In this document: positions 19,428 to 29,318 of the stretch, piece by piece
Numbering within the stretch: the stretch's first letter is position 1
Layout: the number at the start of each line of letters is the position of its first letter
Position numbers and translations under genes: made by a program
NCBI GenBank assembly: GCA_964594415.1
Contig: CAZQLQ010000001.1
Span: forward strand, 28,850 to 92,849
DNA: 64,000 nt
Origin: an uncultured Candidatus Saccharibacteria bacterium
GTDB taxonomy: Bacteria; Patescibacteriota; CPR2; UBA1875; CAIMLA01
Direction: 5' to 3'
Notes under the pieces: model-generated
The model's database searches: none
The model's input: only the letters and a program-made list of their open reading frames with translations
What the model was told of the DNA's origin: nothing

Positions 19428-19595
19428 CTGGCTTGCCAACTTCTCACCGCTATCAAATCAACTTAACTATGCTAATTTCTTGATTGTGCTATCTATTTTA
19501 CGTGTAAAAACATGCTATTTCTGTTCACTACAGGGGTTCGCCATCCCCTGAAACTAAAAAGACCGCGATCTACGCAAGGTATATCTCGGCCTTTT

Positions 19596-19670
19596 TGGCA
19601 GTCCCAAGGGGAGTCGAACCCCTGTTACCAGGATGAAAACCTGGCGTCCTAACCACTAGACGATGGGACC
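19596..19670 (-). tRNA. tRNA-Glu(TTC)
   Basis: Reverse complement GGTCCCATCGTCTAGTGGTTAGGACGCCAGGTTTTCATCCTGGTAACAGGGGTTCGACTCCCCTTGGGACTGCCA. Confidence 0.97.
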
Positions 19671-19811
19671 ATAATTTAATAGGATTTATTAACTTGAAAA
19701 TTATAGCAGATTTAGTTGTTAATTTCAATATTTTACTTTCGTTATAACTTTGAAAAAATCCTTTAATTTTTTTTTGGTAAAGCATAAAATTAATAGATGA
19801 GGAGGATGTCT

Positions 19812-21764
19812 ATGGGAGAAGAACAAAATGAAGTTCTGGTAAAGCTGAATTTAATATCTGATAGATTGGATTCTCTTGAAGGGCGGATTTCTTTGCTAGA
19901 AAAGGATAGTAATGGCAAGGTTAACGAACCTATACCTCAAAATGAATTGGCTATGAATTCATCAAATGGTGAAAAATTGGAGAGCCATAAAAAGCAGAAT
20001 AGCATTCTTGATAGGCAAATAAGCGCTGGCGGGTGTATATCAATGATAGCTGCCATAATTTTGGTTCCGATGTTTTTATCGTCTTATACCCTAAGAGGCC
20101 TAGCTCTGCCGGTATTATTAATTTTAGGTTATCTTGTTTTTAAAGATTTAAAGTCGCAAGGCTCTTTTAAAACGACCCAAAAAATAGCATCTTACGAGCC
20201 AGATAGGGTTGAGAGAGAGGTTGCTATTGACAGTCAAAAACCAAAGGAAAGCTTCGAAGTTCAGCTTGGACAACATTTCTTTAGTAAATTAGGGATTGTG
20301 GCTCTAGTAATAGGTATAGCTTTATTCTTAATTTATTCGCTTCAATATTTTGAAGCAATGGGAAAGGTTTGTCTTGGTTATCTCTCTTCATTAGTCTTGA
20401 TCACCTTTGGCTATTTTCTTGAAAAAAAATATTCAAGATACGGACAACTACTTTTAGGAGGGGGTGTAGCTGTTACGTATTTTACAACTTATGCTGCACA
20501 TTTTTTCCCAGTTACAAAAATTATAAATAACCAAACCACTGCTCTTGGACTACTTACGTTAATTAGCTTGTCTTATTTGCTCTATATGTTGCGTTACAAA
20601 TCAGAAATAATGGCAGGGATTGCTCTGCTTTTAGTTTTCTTAACTGCAAATCTTGGAGATATAAAATCTTTCTCATTGGTAATGTTAATGATTTTTCTGA
20701 CTGTTGCAGTGATTATTTCTTCGGTTAAGAAATGGAAATTTAATTTGCTTCTTTCATTGGTACTAAACTACTTAACTGTTTTTAGGTGGATTGTTGACTC
20801 AAGCGGATATCCCATTCCCATAGACCAGTTTACTTTTATCCTGTCAATCATTACCATAAGCTACTCGCTATTTTCTCTCGGGGTTTATTTTGTTTATTCC
20901 TCTAGTGAAGGCGTTGAAGCAGAAAACGAAAAAGAAAGTACAGAAGTCATTGCTTTTACGATAATCAACTCAGTTATTTATTACGGATTTTTAGCTGCTA
21001 TATTTGATGCAAACTATCTAGAAGTAAACCAGCCTTTGATGTTATCTTTTAGTATTTTAAATATAGTACTTGCCTTTTTGTCGAGGTTTTTCAATATGAA
21101 GAAAAGTTCTGCAAAGGCATATTTAGGCATTGCAACCGTTTCAATGTTCGTATATATTTCTCTTGCGTTTTCTGATTTGAATTTAGTAGTTGGTTGGTTG
21201 TCTCTTGGAATGATTTACATGATATACGGGTTAATACTAGGGACGATACGTACCAGAGCCGTTGGAATGTTCATCATTGTGGCTTCATTTGTCGCTTTAG
21301 TTATTTCATTTTGGAATATCGAAGAAACCATTTTTAGGCTTACCTTGTTCGGCTTTGCAGCTCTTTTTGAAATATTAAGTCTTTTATTCTTGAATGCTAA
21401 ATTAAAAAATAGTGCCGGGGACTCCACCCTATATGACAGTTACTTACAAAATATTTTAGCAAGTTCTTCTGTTGTATCATTAGCTCTTATACCATGTTAC
21501 TTGGAATCTAAAGAATTTCTTACATTGTATTGGGGTATAATAGCCTTTGTTGTTGCTATTTTGGGTTTTGTATTCAATGATAAAACTTTTAGAAGATCCG
21601 GCTTGATTTTGTTGCTAATTACGGTTTTGAGATTGTTTGTAGTAGATTTGTCTAGTATGGATCCAATATTGAAAATAATTTCATTTTTAGTTTTGGGAGT
21701 AATCTTACTGGCTATTTCATTTGGATATACTAAGTATAAAGACGAAATAAGGAGATACTTATGA
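19812..21764 (+). CDS. DUF2339-like polytopic membrane protein
   Basis: N-terminal coiled coil, E..LG..FFSKLGIVAL, terminal RLFVVDLS..KIISFLVLGVILL; GAGGAGG RBS before 19812 (track start 19797). Confidence 0.8.
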   Translation: MGEEQNEVLVKLNLISDRLDSLEGRISLLEKDSNGKVNEPIPQNELAMNSSNGEKLESHKKQNSILDRQISAGGCISMIAAIILVPMFLSSYTLRGLALPVLLILGYLVFKDLKSQGSFKTTQKIASYEPDRVEREVAIDSQKPKESFEVQLGQHFFSKLGIVALVIGIALFLIYSLQYFEAMGKVCLGYLSSLVLITFGYFLEKKYSRYGQLLLGGGVAVTYFTTYAAHFFPVTKIINNQTTALGLLTLISLSYLLYMLRYKSEIMAGIALLLVFLTANLGDIKSFSLVMLMIFLTVAVIISSVKKWKFNLLLSLVLNYLTVFRWIVDSSGYPIPIDQFTFILSIITISYSLFSLGVYFVYSSSEGVEAENEKESTEVIAFTIINSVIYYGFLAAIFDANYLEVNQPLMLSFSILNIVLAFLSRFFNMKKSSAKAYLGIATVSMFVYISLAFSDLNLVVGWLSLGMIYMIYGLILGTIRTRAVGMFIIVASFVALVISFWNIEETIFRLTLFGFAALFEILSLLFLNAKLKNSAGDSTLYDSYLQNILASSSVVSLALIPCYLESKEFLTLYWGIIAFVVAILGFVFNDKTFRRSGLILLLITVLRLFVVDLSSMDPILKIISFLVLGVILLAISFGYTKYKDEIRRYL

Positions 21765-22477
21765 CCCTAAAGTTTAGATTGTATTTGGGCGCAGTATTTT
21801 TATTGATAATATTTTTTGTTTGGTTTGCTTTTTTGTTTTGGCTCTCTCCTAAGTTTTTTCAGGAAAGAAAAGTGAATTATGGTAGGAAAACAACCACTAC
21901 GATTAATTCACACGAAGCCGAAGCCATTGCCGCAACAAGAGTATCAAAATCAACCACTACCACAACCCGGCCAATTACTAGAAATAATGCAGATTTTAAG
22001 ACTGGATCCTTGGTATTAAATGTTGATGATTCAAGTATTCTTCTTGTTAATATAGACGAAGAATATGATCATTCGGATTGGTTTAAAGATTTTGACCTCT
22101 CAGATAACTCTAGTCTTAAGTTTGAAAAGAATGATATTATAAACTTTGAAACTAATTCATTGGGAGAGATTGTGGAAGCAGCAGAGATAACAAGGCCTTT
22201 TTCTTGTACTGGCAAGGTTACAGCGATTGACTACAAAAGCAAAGACATCCCTTTTTTAACAGTTTCGAAGGTCTATTGTAAACAATCAATAGGAGTAACA
22301 AGTATAGCGGCATTATTTGTTCCAGTGGAAACTCTTTCTCCATTGGGAAAGGACAAGAGCGTGTATAAGCTTCCCGATTATACAGGCTCCTGGATTAATT
22401 TCTTGGTAATCAAAGGGAAAATGAAACAAAATTTAACAAATAATTTTTATGCAATATATATAGAGGAGGAACAATGA
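21761..22477 (+). CDS. Membrane-anchored hypothetical protein with Thr-rich linker
   Basis: N-terminal TM; ATGA overlaps with both neighbours. Confidence 0.8.
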   Translation: MTLKFRLYLGAVFLLIIFFVWFAFLFWLSPKFFQERKVNYGRKTTTTINSHEAEAIAATRVSKSTTTTTRPITRNNADFKTGSLVLNVDDSSILLVNIDEEYDHSDWFKDFDLSDNSSLKFEKNDIINFETNSLGEIVEAAEITRPFSCTGKVTAIDYKSKDIPFLTVSKVYCKQSIGVTSIAALFVPVETLSPLGKDKSVYKLPDYTGSWINFLVIKGKMKQNLTNNFYAIYIEEEQ

Positions 22478-23469
22478 AAGTTGCTATAAACGGTTTTGGA
22501 CGGATTGGCCGACAAGTATTTAAAATCTTAATGGAAAAATACCCGGAAGCAGAAATTGTTGCGGTTAATGATTTGACTGATGTTGAAACTTTGGCGCATC
22601 TTTTAAAGTTTGATTCCAACTATGGAGTCTGGGGGGCTAAAATTACACCCGAAGATGGGGGTGTGGATATTGATGGTAAAAAAGTCAGGGTTTTCTCCGA
22701 AAAAGATCCTATGAATTTACCCTGGGGGGAGCTCGGCGTTGATGTCGTGATTGAATCCACAGGTTTTTTTACTGACGGAGAGAAAGCCAGAGCCCACCTT
22801 GAAAGCGGTGCCAAGAAAGTTCTTATATCTGCTCCTGCAAAGAATCACGATATTACGGTCGTTTTGGGTGTGAATGAGGACAAGTATGACAAAGAGAAGC
22901 ATGATATAGTTTCTAATGCCTCTTGTACAACAAATGGCCTGGCGCCCATAGTCAAAGTACTTGTGGATAACTTTGGTATTAAGGCTGGTCTTATGACTAC
23001 GATACATTCTTACACTAATGATCAGAGAATATTAGATTTACCCCATGAAGATTTACGTAGAGCTCGCGCAGCAGCAGTAAATATTATTCCTACATCTACA
23101 GGGGCTGCAAAAGCCCTCAAGGAAGTTATACCAGAGGTTGATGGAAAATTAGACGGAATTGCTTTAAGGGTGCCGACTCCGACAGTTTCCGTAACGGATT
23201 TGACCGTAGAGCTTGAAAGAGAAACTAGCATTGAAGAGATTAATGAAAAGATGTGGGACGCAGCAAAGAATCGGATGAAAGGCTATCTTTTTGTCGCCAC
23301 TGACCCCCTTGTTTCTATGGATTATAGAGGGAATGAATACTCTGCTATCTACGATAGCCTTCTTACAAAGAATATAGGTGGTAACTTTTTTAAGATTGTT
23401 GGTTGGTACGACAATGAGTGGGGTTATAGCTGTCGACTCGCCGAATTGGCAGTCTACATTAGTAAATAA
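22474..23469 (+). CDS. gap: Glyceraldehyde-3-phosphate dehydrogenase, type I
   Basis: [26 protein letters not shown]. Confidence 0.98.
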   Translation: MKVAINGFGRIGRQVFKILMEKYPEAEIVAVNDLTDVETLAHLLKFDSNYGVWGAKITPEDGGVDIDGKKVRVFSEKDPMNLPWGELGVDVVIESTGFFTDGEKARAHLESGAKKVLISAPAKNHDITVVLGVNEDKYDKEKHDIVSNASCTTNGLAPIVKVLVDNFGIKAGLMTTIHSYTNDQRILDLPHEDLRRARAAAVNIIPTSTGAAKALKEVIPEVDGKLDGIALRVPTPTVSVTDLTVELERETSIEEINEKMWDAAKNRMKGYLFVATDPLVSMDYRGNEYSAIYDSLLTKNIGGNFFKIVGWYDNEWGYSCRLAELAVYISK

Positions 23470-23482
23470 CATTGGAGTTTGT

Positions 23483-24652
23483 GTGAAAAAGATACAAGAG
23501 CTAGCAGGGAAATTAGACGGGAAAAAAGTATTGGTACGCGTAGACTATAATGTTCCTGTCGAAGATGGTGTAGTAAAAGACACTGAGCGAATAGAGGCAA
23601 GCTTAAAGACAATAAACTTCCTTTTGGCAAATGGTGCAGCTGTTATTTTATGTTCACATTTAGGCCGTCCAGAGGGAAAAAAGGACTTGAAGTTTTCACT
23701 TGAGCAAATAGTCGGTACGCTCGAGAAGTTGAGTAACAAAAGTGTTCGATTTGTCGAAAATTGCATCGGAGAAGCACATTCGAAAATTATCTCTGAAATT
23801 AAAAGTGGCGAGATCGCAATTTTAGAAAATGTTCGATTTTACGCAGAGGAAGAGGAGAACGGCGAAGAGTTTTCAAAAAAACTAGCCGAAGGTCTTGACC
23901 TTTATGTGAATGATGCGTTTTCCGCTTCGCACAGAAAACATTCTTCTATTGTGGGAGTAACACAGTTTTTGGAAGGGTATGCTGGGTTTTCGCTTCAAAA
24001 CGAAATAGAACATCTTTCAGCTCTTCTTACTGAGCCAAAGAGGCCTTTTGTGATGATATCAGGCGGAGCGAAAGTGTCAGATAAGATAGGTATATTAGAG
24101 AATTTGATCACAAAAGTTGATACGATACTGATTGGTGGCGGGATGGCGAATACTTTTATTTCTTCGGAAGGCATTGAAATTGGGAAATCACTTGTTGAAC
24201 AAGAATTTGTTGTGGAGGCGGGTAATATTTTAGAAAAGGCAAGAGAAAACAATGTCCAGATAATCCTTCCTTTTGACGTAATCGCATGCAAAGAAGTGAA
24301 TAGCTCAGACAAGGGTGAGGTTAAGGGCATAACTGACATAGAGGAAGACGACATTATTGCAGACATTGGGCCCAAAACAATGCAATTATTTGAAGAGGAA
24401 ATACTAAAAGCAAAAACAGTGTTTTGGAATGGACCTCTGGGGATAACAGAACATAGCCAGTTTGCCTTCGGAACAATTAAAATTGGCGAGGCCGTAGCTG
24501 GATCTGGTGCCTTCAGCATTATAGGAGGTGGTGATACTATTACGGCGCTTCCAGACGAGATGGAGAAGAATTTCACCTTTGTTTCTATGGCCGGGGGCGC
24601 TTCCTTGGAATTTCTTGAGGGGAAAAGTCTGCCAGGCATCGAAGTCTTATAA
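23483..24652 (+). CDS. pgk: Phosphoglycerate kinase
   Basis: RVDYNVP, SHLGRP, LENVRF, GGAKVSDK, GGGD, GGASLE; GTG 23483 after GGAG. Confidence 0.97.
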   Translation: MKKIQELAGKLDGKKVLVRVDYNVPVEDGVVKDTERIEASLKTINFLLANGAAVILCSHLGRPEGKKDLKFSLEQIVGTLEKLSNKSVRFVENCIGEAHSKIISEIKSGEIAILENVRFYAEEEENGEEFSKKLAEGLDLYVNDAFSASHRKHSSIVGVTQFLEGYAGFSLQNEIEHLSALLTEPKRPFVMISGGAKVSDKIGILENLITKVDTILIGGGMANTFISSEGIEIGKSLVEQEFVVEAGNILEKARENNVQIILPFDVIACKEVNSSDKGEVKGITDIEEDDIIADIGPKTMQLFEEEILKAKTVFWNGPLGITEHSQFAFGTIKIGEAVAGSGAFSIIGGGDTITALPDEMEKNFTFVSMAGGASLEFLEGKSLPGIEVL

Positions 24653-24702
24653 CAGAATTTTACTTTTTGAGTTATAATGAAATAAGCTTTGGAGGGTAAG
24701 TA

Positions 24703-25482
24703 ATGAATAAAAAGATAGTTATTGGTAATTGGAAAATGCATCTCACTGTTCCTGAGGGGACTGTTTTGATTGAAAAGCTAAAAAACGAACTTACCAAGAT
24801 CTCTAAAACAGAAGTGGTTGTTGTCCCTGGGTTTTTAAATATTTATCCTGCTAGTATCGAACTGAAGGATTCAAAAATTAAATTGGGTGCGCAAAATTTA
24901 TTTTACGAAGGAGTGGGCGAATATACAGGAGAGGTTTCTCCGTCTCAACTCGCTCATTTTGTAGAATATGTAATTGTGGGGCACTCTGAAAGACGTAGGC
25001 ATTTTGGCGAAACTGATAAAGTAATTGCAAGAAAAGTAGAGGCGGCTATATCTCATGGAATAATCCCAGTCATATGTGTTGGTGAAACGTTGCATGAATA
25101 TGAGGATGGAATGTCGAAAACTGTTGTTATGAACCAGCTGGAAGCGGCTATTTCGCATTTAACTGATGAAGAGATAGCGGGTTCTGTCATCGCTTACGAA
25201 CCAGTGTGGGCGATCGGCACAGGCCGGGTTTGTTCACATTTGGATGCAGAAAAAATGACAGAGAGTATCAGAAATCTAATAAAAGCACTTTATGGCGAAA
25301 ATGCTTCGGAGAGGGTCAGAATTGTTTATGGCGGAAGCATAGACAGCGAATGCGTAAAAGAATTTGCCGAGTCAAAGAATATAGACGGGGTTTTGGTAGG
25401 AGGCGATAGTCTAAATAGTACTGATTTTGCAAAAGTCGTCGAGATGTTTGAGGATTCATTATTAAAAGGAGCTAAAAGATAA
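24703..25482 (+). CDS. tpiA: Triosephosphate isomerase
   Basis: GNWKM, GHSERR, AYEPVWAIGTG, YGGS. Confidence 0.97.
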   Translation: MNKKIVIGNWKMHLTVPEGTVLIEKLKNELTKISKTEVVVVPGFLNIYPASIELKDSKIKLGAQNLFYEGVGEYTGEVSPSQLAHFVEYVIVGHSERRRHFGETDKVIARKVEAAISHGIIPVICVGETLHEYEDGMSKTVVMNQLEAAISHLTDEEIAGSVIAYEPVWAIGTGRVCSHLDAEKMTESIRNLIKALYGENASERVRIVYGGSIDSECVKEFAESKNIDGVLVGGDSLNSTDFAKVVEMFEDSLLKGAKR

Positions 25483-26330
25483 TGCTTGTAACAACCAAAG
25501 AACTTTATTTGGATGCAAAACAAAATGGTTATGCTGTAGGCGCTTTCAATGTCTCTTCTCTCGAGGCGATAAAAGCAGTTCTTTCTGCAGCATCTAATAT
25601 GGATACGAATGTGGTGGTTGAGACAAGCGAAAATGAAATGAACTATCTTGAGCCAGAAATAGTCTTTGCGATAGTTGAAACACTTGCTAGAAAATTACCC
25701 ATCAAGGTCGGTTTGCATCTTGATCATGGCAAAAGTATCGAAGTAGTTAAGAGAGCTATTGATGCTGGATATACTTCAGTCCATATCGATGGATCAAGCT
25801 TGAGCTATGAAGAAAATGCTAAAATTACAAAAGAAGTTGTAGATTATGCTCATGATAAGGGAGTTACCGTCGAAGGAGAGATCGGCCATGTGCCTGGTTC
25901 TAGTATTAATCACGGGGAACAATCAGAGATCAATAACAGTTTACTAACAAATGTAGAAGAGGCAAAAAAATTTGTTGATGAAACGGGCATTGATATTCTG
26001 GCCGTATCTATAGGAAACATACATGGTGTATATACAAACATACCCATTCTTGATTTTGAAAGACTAAAATTGCTTAATGAGATAGGGGTACCGATGTCAT
26101 TGCACGGAGGATCAGGAATCCCAGGGGACCAAGTTCGTAGAGCGATATCTCTTGGTATAACAAAAGTTAATGTAAACACTGAGCTGAGAATAGCCTTCAC
26201 TAAGACTATGAGAAAAGAGTTGTGTGACAATTCATACAAAATGGTTCCTTACGAATATCTACCAGAGGTTATAGAGAGTGTCAAAAAGACAGTCCTTGAA
26301 AAATTAAATTTATTTAAAACGGAGGGGTAA
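25482..26330 (+). CDS. fba: Class II fructose-bisphosphate aldolase
   Basis: YAVGAFN, HLDHG, EGEIG, GNIHG, LHGGSG, KVNVNT. Confidence 0.93.
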   Translation: MLVTTKELYLDAKQNGYAVGAFNVSSLEAIKAVLSAASNMDTNVVVETSENEMNYLEPEIVFAIVETLARKLPIKVGLHLDHGKSIEVVKRAIDAGYTSVHIDGSSLSYEENAKITKEVVDYAHDKGVTVEGEIGHVPGSSINHGEQSEINNSLLTNVEEAKKFVDETGIDILAVSIGNIHGVYTNIPILDFERLKLLNEIGVPMSLHGGSGIPGDQVRRAISLGITKVNVNTELRIAFTKTMRKELCDNSYKMVPYEYLPEVIESVKKTVLEKLNLFKTEG

Positions 26331-26331
26331 A

Positions 26332-26895
26332 ATGGCAAGAACAAAAACAAACAAGGGAAATGCAAAATCAAAAGCTGCAAGCAGCCAGTTAATTAAAGGA
26401 TTTAGTATAAAAAACGCTATTGAAGTAGGTATCCTAGTATACTTAAGCACTCTATTCATTTCTGTTGTTATTTTCTTGATTATGGAGCTATTAATCTCAG
26501 ATTTTACTAATATTACAGTGCTAATCTCTCAAAATATCAGTGAGAGGGTTTATTATGTTTATCAAATGGGGATTGTTTACGGTTTGAGTTCTTTTATATC
26601 CTTGTTCTTATACGCAACGGTTTCCTGGTACGAGGAAAAAAGGTTTCTAAAGAATTTAAATTCTACGAAAAATGTAATGATCGATGGACTTATATTCTTT
26701 AGTATATTTATAATTCTAGACTTTTTATTGGGTTTTATATTAGTACCGATGCCGCTTGACTGGTCCGAATCTGTCAACATTTCTGTTAAAAGTATTTGTA
26801 ATAACTATTTTGGAGGAATAATTTACTGGATATTAGCGATTTTTGTAGCTATCCTACCTTCAATTATTTATATATTTAAAAAACAAAGTAAATAG
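26332..26895 (+). CDS. Hypothetical membrane protein (about 4 TM)
   Basis: Hydrophobic segments; in operon. Confidence 0.75.
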   Translation: MARTKTNKGNAKSKAASSQLIKGFSIKNAIEVGILVYLSTLFISVVIFLIMELLISDFTNITVLISQNISERVYYVYQMGIVYGLSSFISLFLYATVSWYEEKRFLKNLNSTKNVMIDGLIFFSIFIILDFLLGFILVPMPLDWSESVNISVKSICNNYFGGIIYWILAIFVAILPSIIYIFKKQSK

Positions 26896-26909
26896 GAGAG
26901 ACTAGTTCT

Positions 26910-29303
26910 ATGAGCAAGGATATTGTTTGGTTTAGTGATGTAGGCAAGGAGGATGGTGCAATTGTTGGTGGAAAAGGAGCCAATCTAGGGGAGCTGACTA
27001 AAAGTGGGTTTCCGGTACCACCAGGTTTTATCATTACCGCTGATGCATACTTTGATTATATAAAAACGACCGGACTTGATGCAAAAATAGGTATTTTGTT
27101 AGAAGGGTTTGATAAGGAAGACTCAAAGGATCTTCAAGATCGTGCGGAAAAGACTCAACAGCTTATAAAGTCAGAGCCACTGCCTGAAATGTTAGCTCAA
27201 GAAATTCTTTCTTCCTATAAAAAGTTAGCAGAAGAAACAAACACCGATGTTGATCATCTATATGTTGCTGTTCGTTCAAGTGCAACTGCAGAAGATTTGG
27301 CTGGAGCTTCTTTTGCTGGCCAGCAGGCAACCTATCTGAATATTATTGGTGAAAAAGCTCTCTTGCAGGCCGTGCTTGACTGCTGGGCTTCTTTATTCGA
27401 GGCCAGGGCAATTTATTATCGTGCAGAACAAGGTTTTGGGCAACTAGATGTAGGAATTGCGGTTCCTGTTCAAAAAATGGTCAACTCAGAAGCAGCGGGC
27501 GTGATGTTTACAATAGACCCGACAAACAACGATCTAGAGCACATATCAATTGAAGCTGCTTATGGACTTGGAGAAGTGGTTGTCTTGGGGGCAATTACGC
27601 CGGATCGCTACTTGGTTGATAAAAAAACATTAGAGATCAGCTCTAGGGAGATACATAAGCAGGAATGGATGCTTACTAGGGATTCTGGCTCAAGCGATAC
27701 GGATGACTTATCAGATTTACAGAAAGCAAGTATTCCTGTACCCGGTGATTATCAGCAGGCACAAAAGATTAGCGACGCTCAAATATTGGAGCTTGCGAAA
27801 ATTGCTCTTAAGATCGAAGAACATTATGGCGCCCCTCAGGACACAGAATGGGCGATGGAAAAAGGAAAGATCTATATGGTTCAAAGCCGACCGGTAACAA
27901 CTTTAGGCGAACAAGATAATGGAGATATTGCAAAGGATGAACAAGTAGAATCAACCGGAGAAAAGAAAGTAATTATAAAAGGTTCGGCTGCGTCTACAGG
28001 TATGGCTTATGGGCCAGTAAGAATTATTCACAGTCCTACGGAAATAGACAAGATTCTCGAGGGCGACGTTCTTGTTACCGAGATGACTACGCCCGATTAT
28101 GTTCCTGCTATGAAAAGGGCGGCTGCAATAGTAACCGATGCGGGCGGGCGCACGTGTCATGCAGCAATTGTTTCTAGAGAGCTTGGTATTCCTTGCGTCG
28201 TAGGAACTGAAGTGGCAACTACGCAACTAACAGATGGGCAGGTAATAACAGTTGACGGGAAAAACGGGTTGGTATATGAGGGAAAGATTGAGGCTAAAAA
28301 AACCGAAGTGCCAAAAGAGGGAAGTACTGTTATCCAGGCTTCTGCACCTGTAACTGCAACAAAAATATACGTAAACCTAGGTGAGCCAGAGCTAGCAGAA
28401 AAGGTTTCGGCAATGAATGTTGATGGCGTGGGTCTGTTAAGAGCCGAATTTATCATTATGGAGTCTATTGGAGAACATCCCAAAAAGATGATCAAGGAAG
28501 GACGCCAAGAGGAGTATGTAGCTAAATTAGCCGAAGGACTCGAGACTTTTGCAAGGGCTTTTCATCCAAGAAATGTAGTTTATAGAGCAACTGACTTCAA
28601 AACAAATGAATACCGCGGACTAAAGGGCGGGGAGGAGTTTGAACCCGAGGAGGACAATCCAATGATAGGTTACAGGGGGTGTTTTCGCTACCTGAAGGAT
28701 CCTGAAGAGTTTGCTCTTGAGCTGGAAGCCATAAAGAGAGTAAGAAAAAGCTTTAATAATCTTCAATTAATGATACCTTTCGTCAGAAGAACAGACGAGT
28801 TTGCAAAGGTTAAGAAAATCGTTGAAGACTCGGGGCTAAATAAAGAGACGGATCCTGACTTCAAACTTTGGATAATGGTTGAGGTTCCATCTGCGGTCAT
28901 CGAGATCGATAAATATTGTGAGATGGGAATTGATGGAGTTTCAATCGGTTCGAATGATCTTACCCAGTTAACTTTAGGGCTTGATAGGGATTCAAGCATT
29001 GTAGCCGAGCTTTTTGACGAGAGGTACCCCGCAGTGCAATGGATGATAAAAAGAACCGTTGAGGTTTGTTCTCAGTATGGAGTAACCTGTTCGATTTGTG
29101 GACAAGCGCCAAGCGTTTATCCTGAGGTTGCGCAGAAAATGGTGGAATATGGAGCAACATCTATTTCGGTTAACCCTGATGTAATTGATAGCACTAGAAA
29201 TCTTATTGCTGCTGTCGAGGAAAAAATATTGCTTACCGAGCTTAGTAAAATGAAAAAAGAAATCTTTGAATTAGAAAAGAAACTTAATCTAGATAAAGAA
29301 TAA
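26910..29303 (+). CDS. ppsA: Phosphoenolpyruvate synthase (pyruvate,water dikinase)
   Basis: GGKGANLGE, AVRSSATAED, GGRTCHAAI phospho-His, GLLRAEF, SIGSNDLTQ. Confidence 0.96.
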   Translation: MSKDIVWFSDVGKEDGAIVGGKGANLGELTKSGFPVPPGFIITADAYFDYIKTTGLDAKIGILLEGFDKEDSKDLQDRAEKTQQLIKSEPLPEMLAQEILSSYKKLAEETNTDVDHLYVAVRSSATAEDLAGASFAGQQATYLNIIGEKALLQAVLDCWASLFEARAIYYRAEQGFGQLDVGIAVPVQKMVNSEAAGVMFTIDPTNNDLEHISIEAAYGLGEVVVLGAITPDRYLVDKKTLEISSREIHKQEWMLTRDSGSSDTDDLSDLQKASIPVPGDYQQAQKISDAQILELAKIALKIEEHYGAPQDTEWAMEKGKIYMVQSRPVTTLGEQDNGDIAKDEQVESTGEKKVIIKGSAASTGMAYGPVRIIHSPTEIDKILEGDVLVTEMTTPDYVPAMKRAAAIVTDAGGRTCHAAIVSRELGIPCVVGTEVATTQLTDGQVITVDGKNGLVYEGKIEAKKTEVPKEGSTVIQASAPVTATKIYVNLGEPELAEKVSAMNVDGVGLLRAEFIIMESIGEHPKKMIKEGRQEEYVAKLAEGLETFARAFHPRNVVYRATDFKTNEYRGLKGGEEFEPEEDNPMIGYRGCFRYLKDPEEFALELEAIKRVRKSFNNLQLMIPFVRRTDEFAKVKKIVEDSGLNKETDPDFKLWIMVEVPSAVIEIDKYCEMGIDGVSIGSNDLTQLTLGLDRDSSIVAELFDERYPAVQWMIKRTVEVCSQYGVTCSICGQAPSVYPEVAQKMVEYGATSISVNPDVIDSTRNLIAAVEEKILLTELSKMKKEIFELEKKLNLDKE

Positions 29304-29318
29304 AGCTAGGGGGATTAA

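Noticed and set aside
19169-19456. N-terminal extension of the ASCH ORF (likewise track starts 23378, 34824, 56368, 57414)
   Set aside because: Extensions overlap hairpins or upstream genes; domain starts and RBS or coupling favour 19168, 23483, 34872, 56419 and 57624
19570-19785. 71-aa minus-strand ORF
   Set aside because: Overlaps tRNA-Glu and its promoter
23995-24741. 248-aa antisense ORF and the many other short antisense ORFs in the track
   Set aside because: Shadow frames of well-supported genes on the other strand
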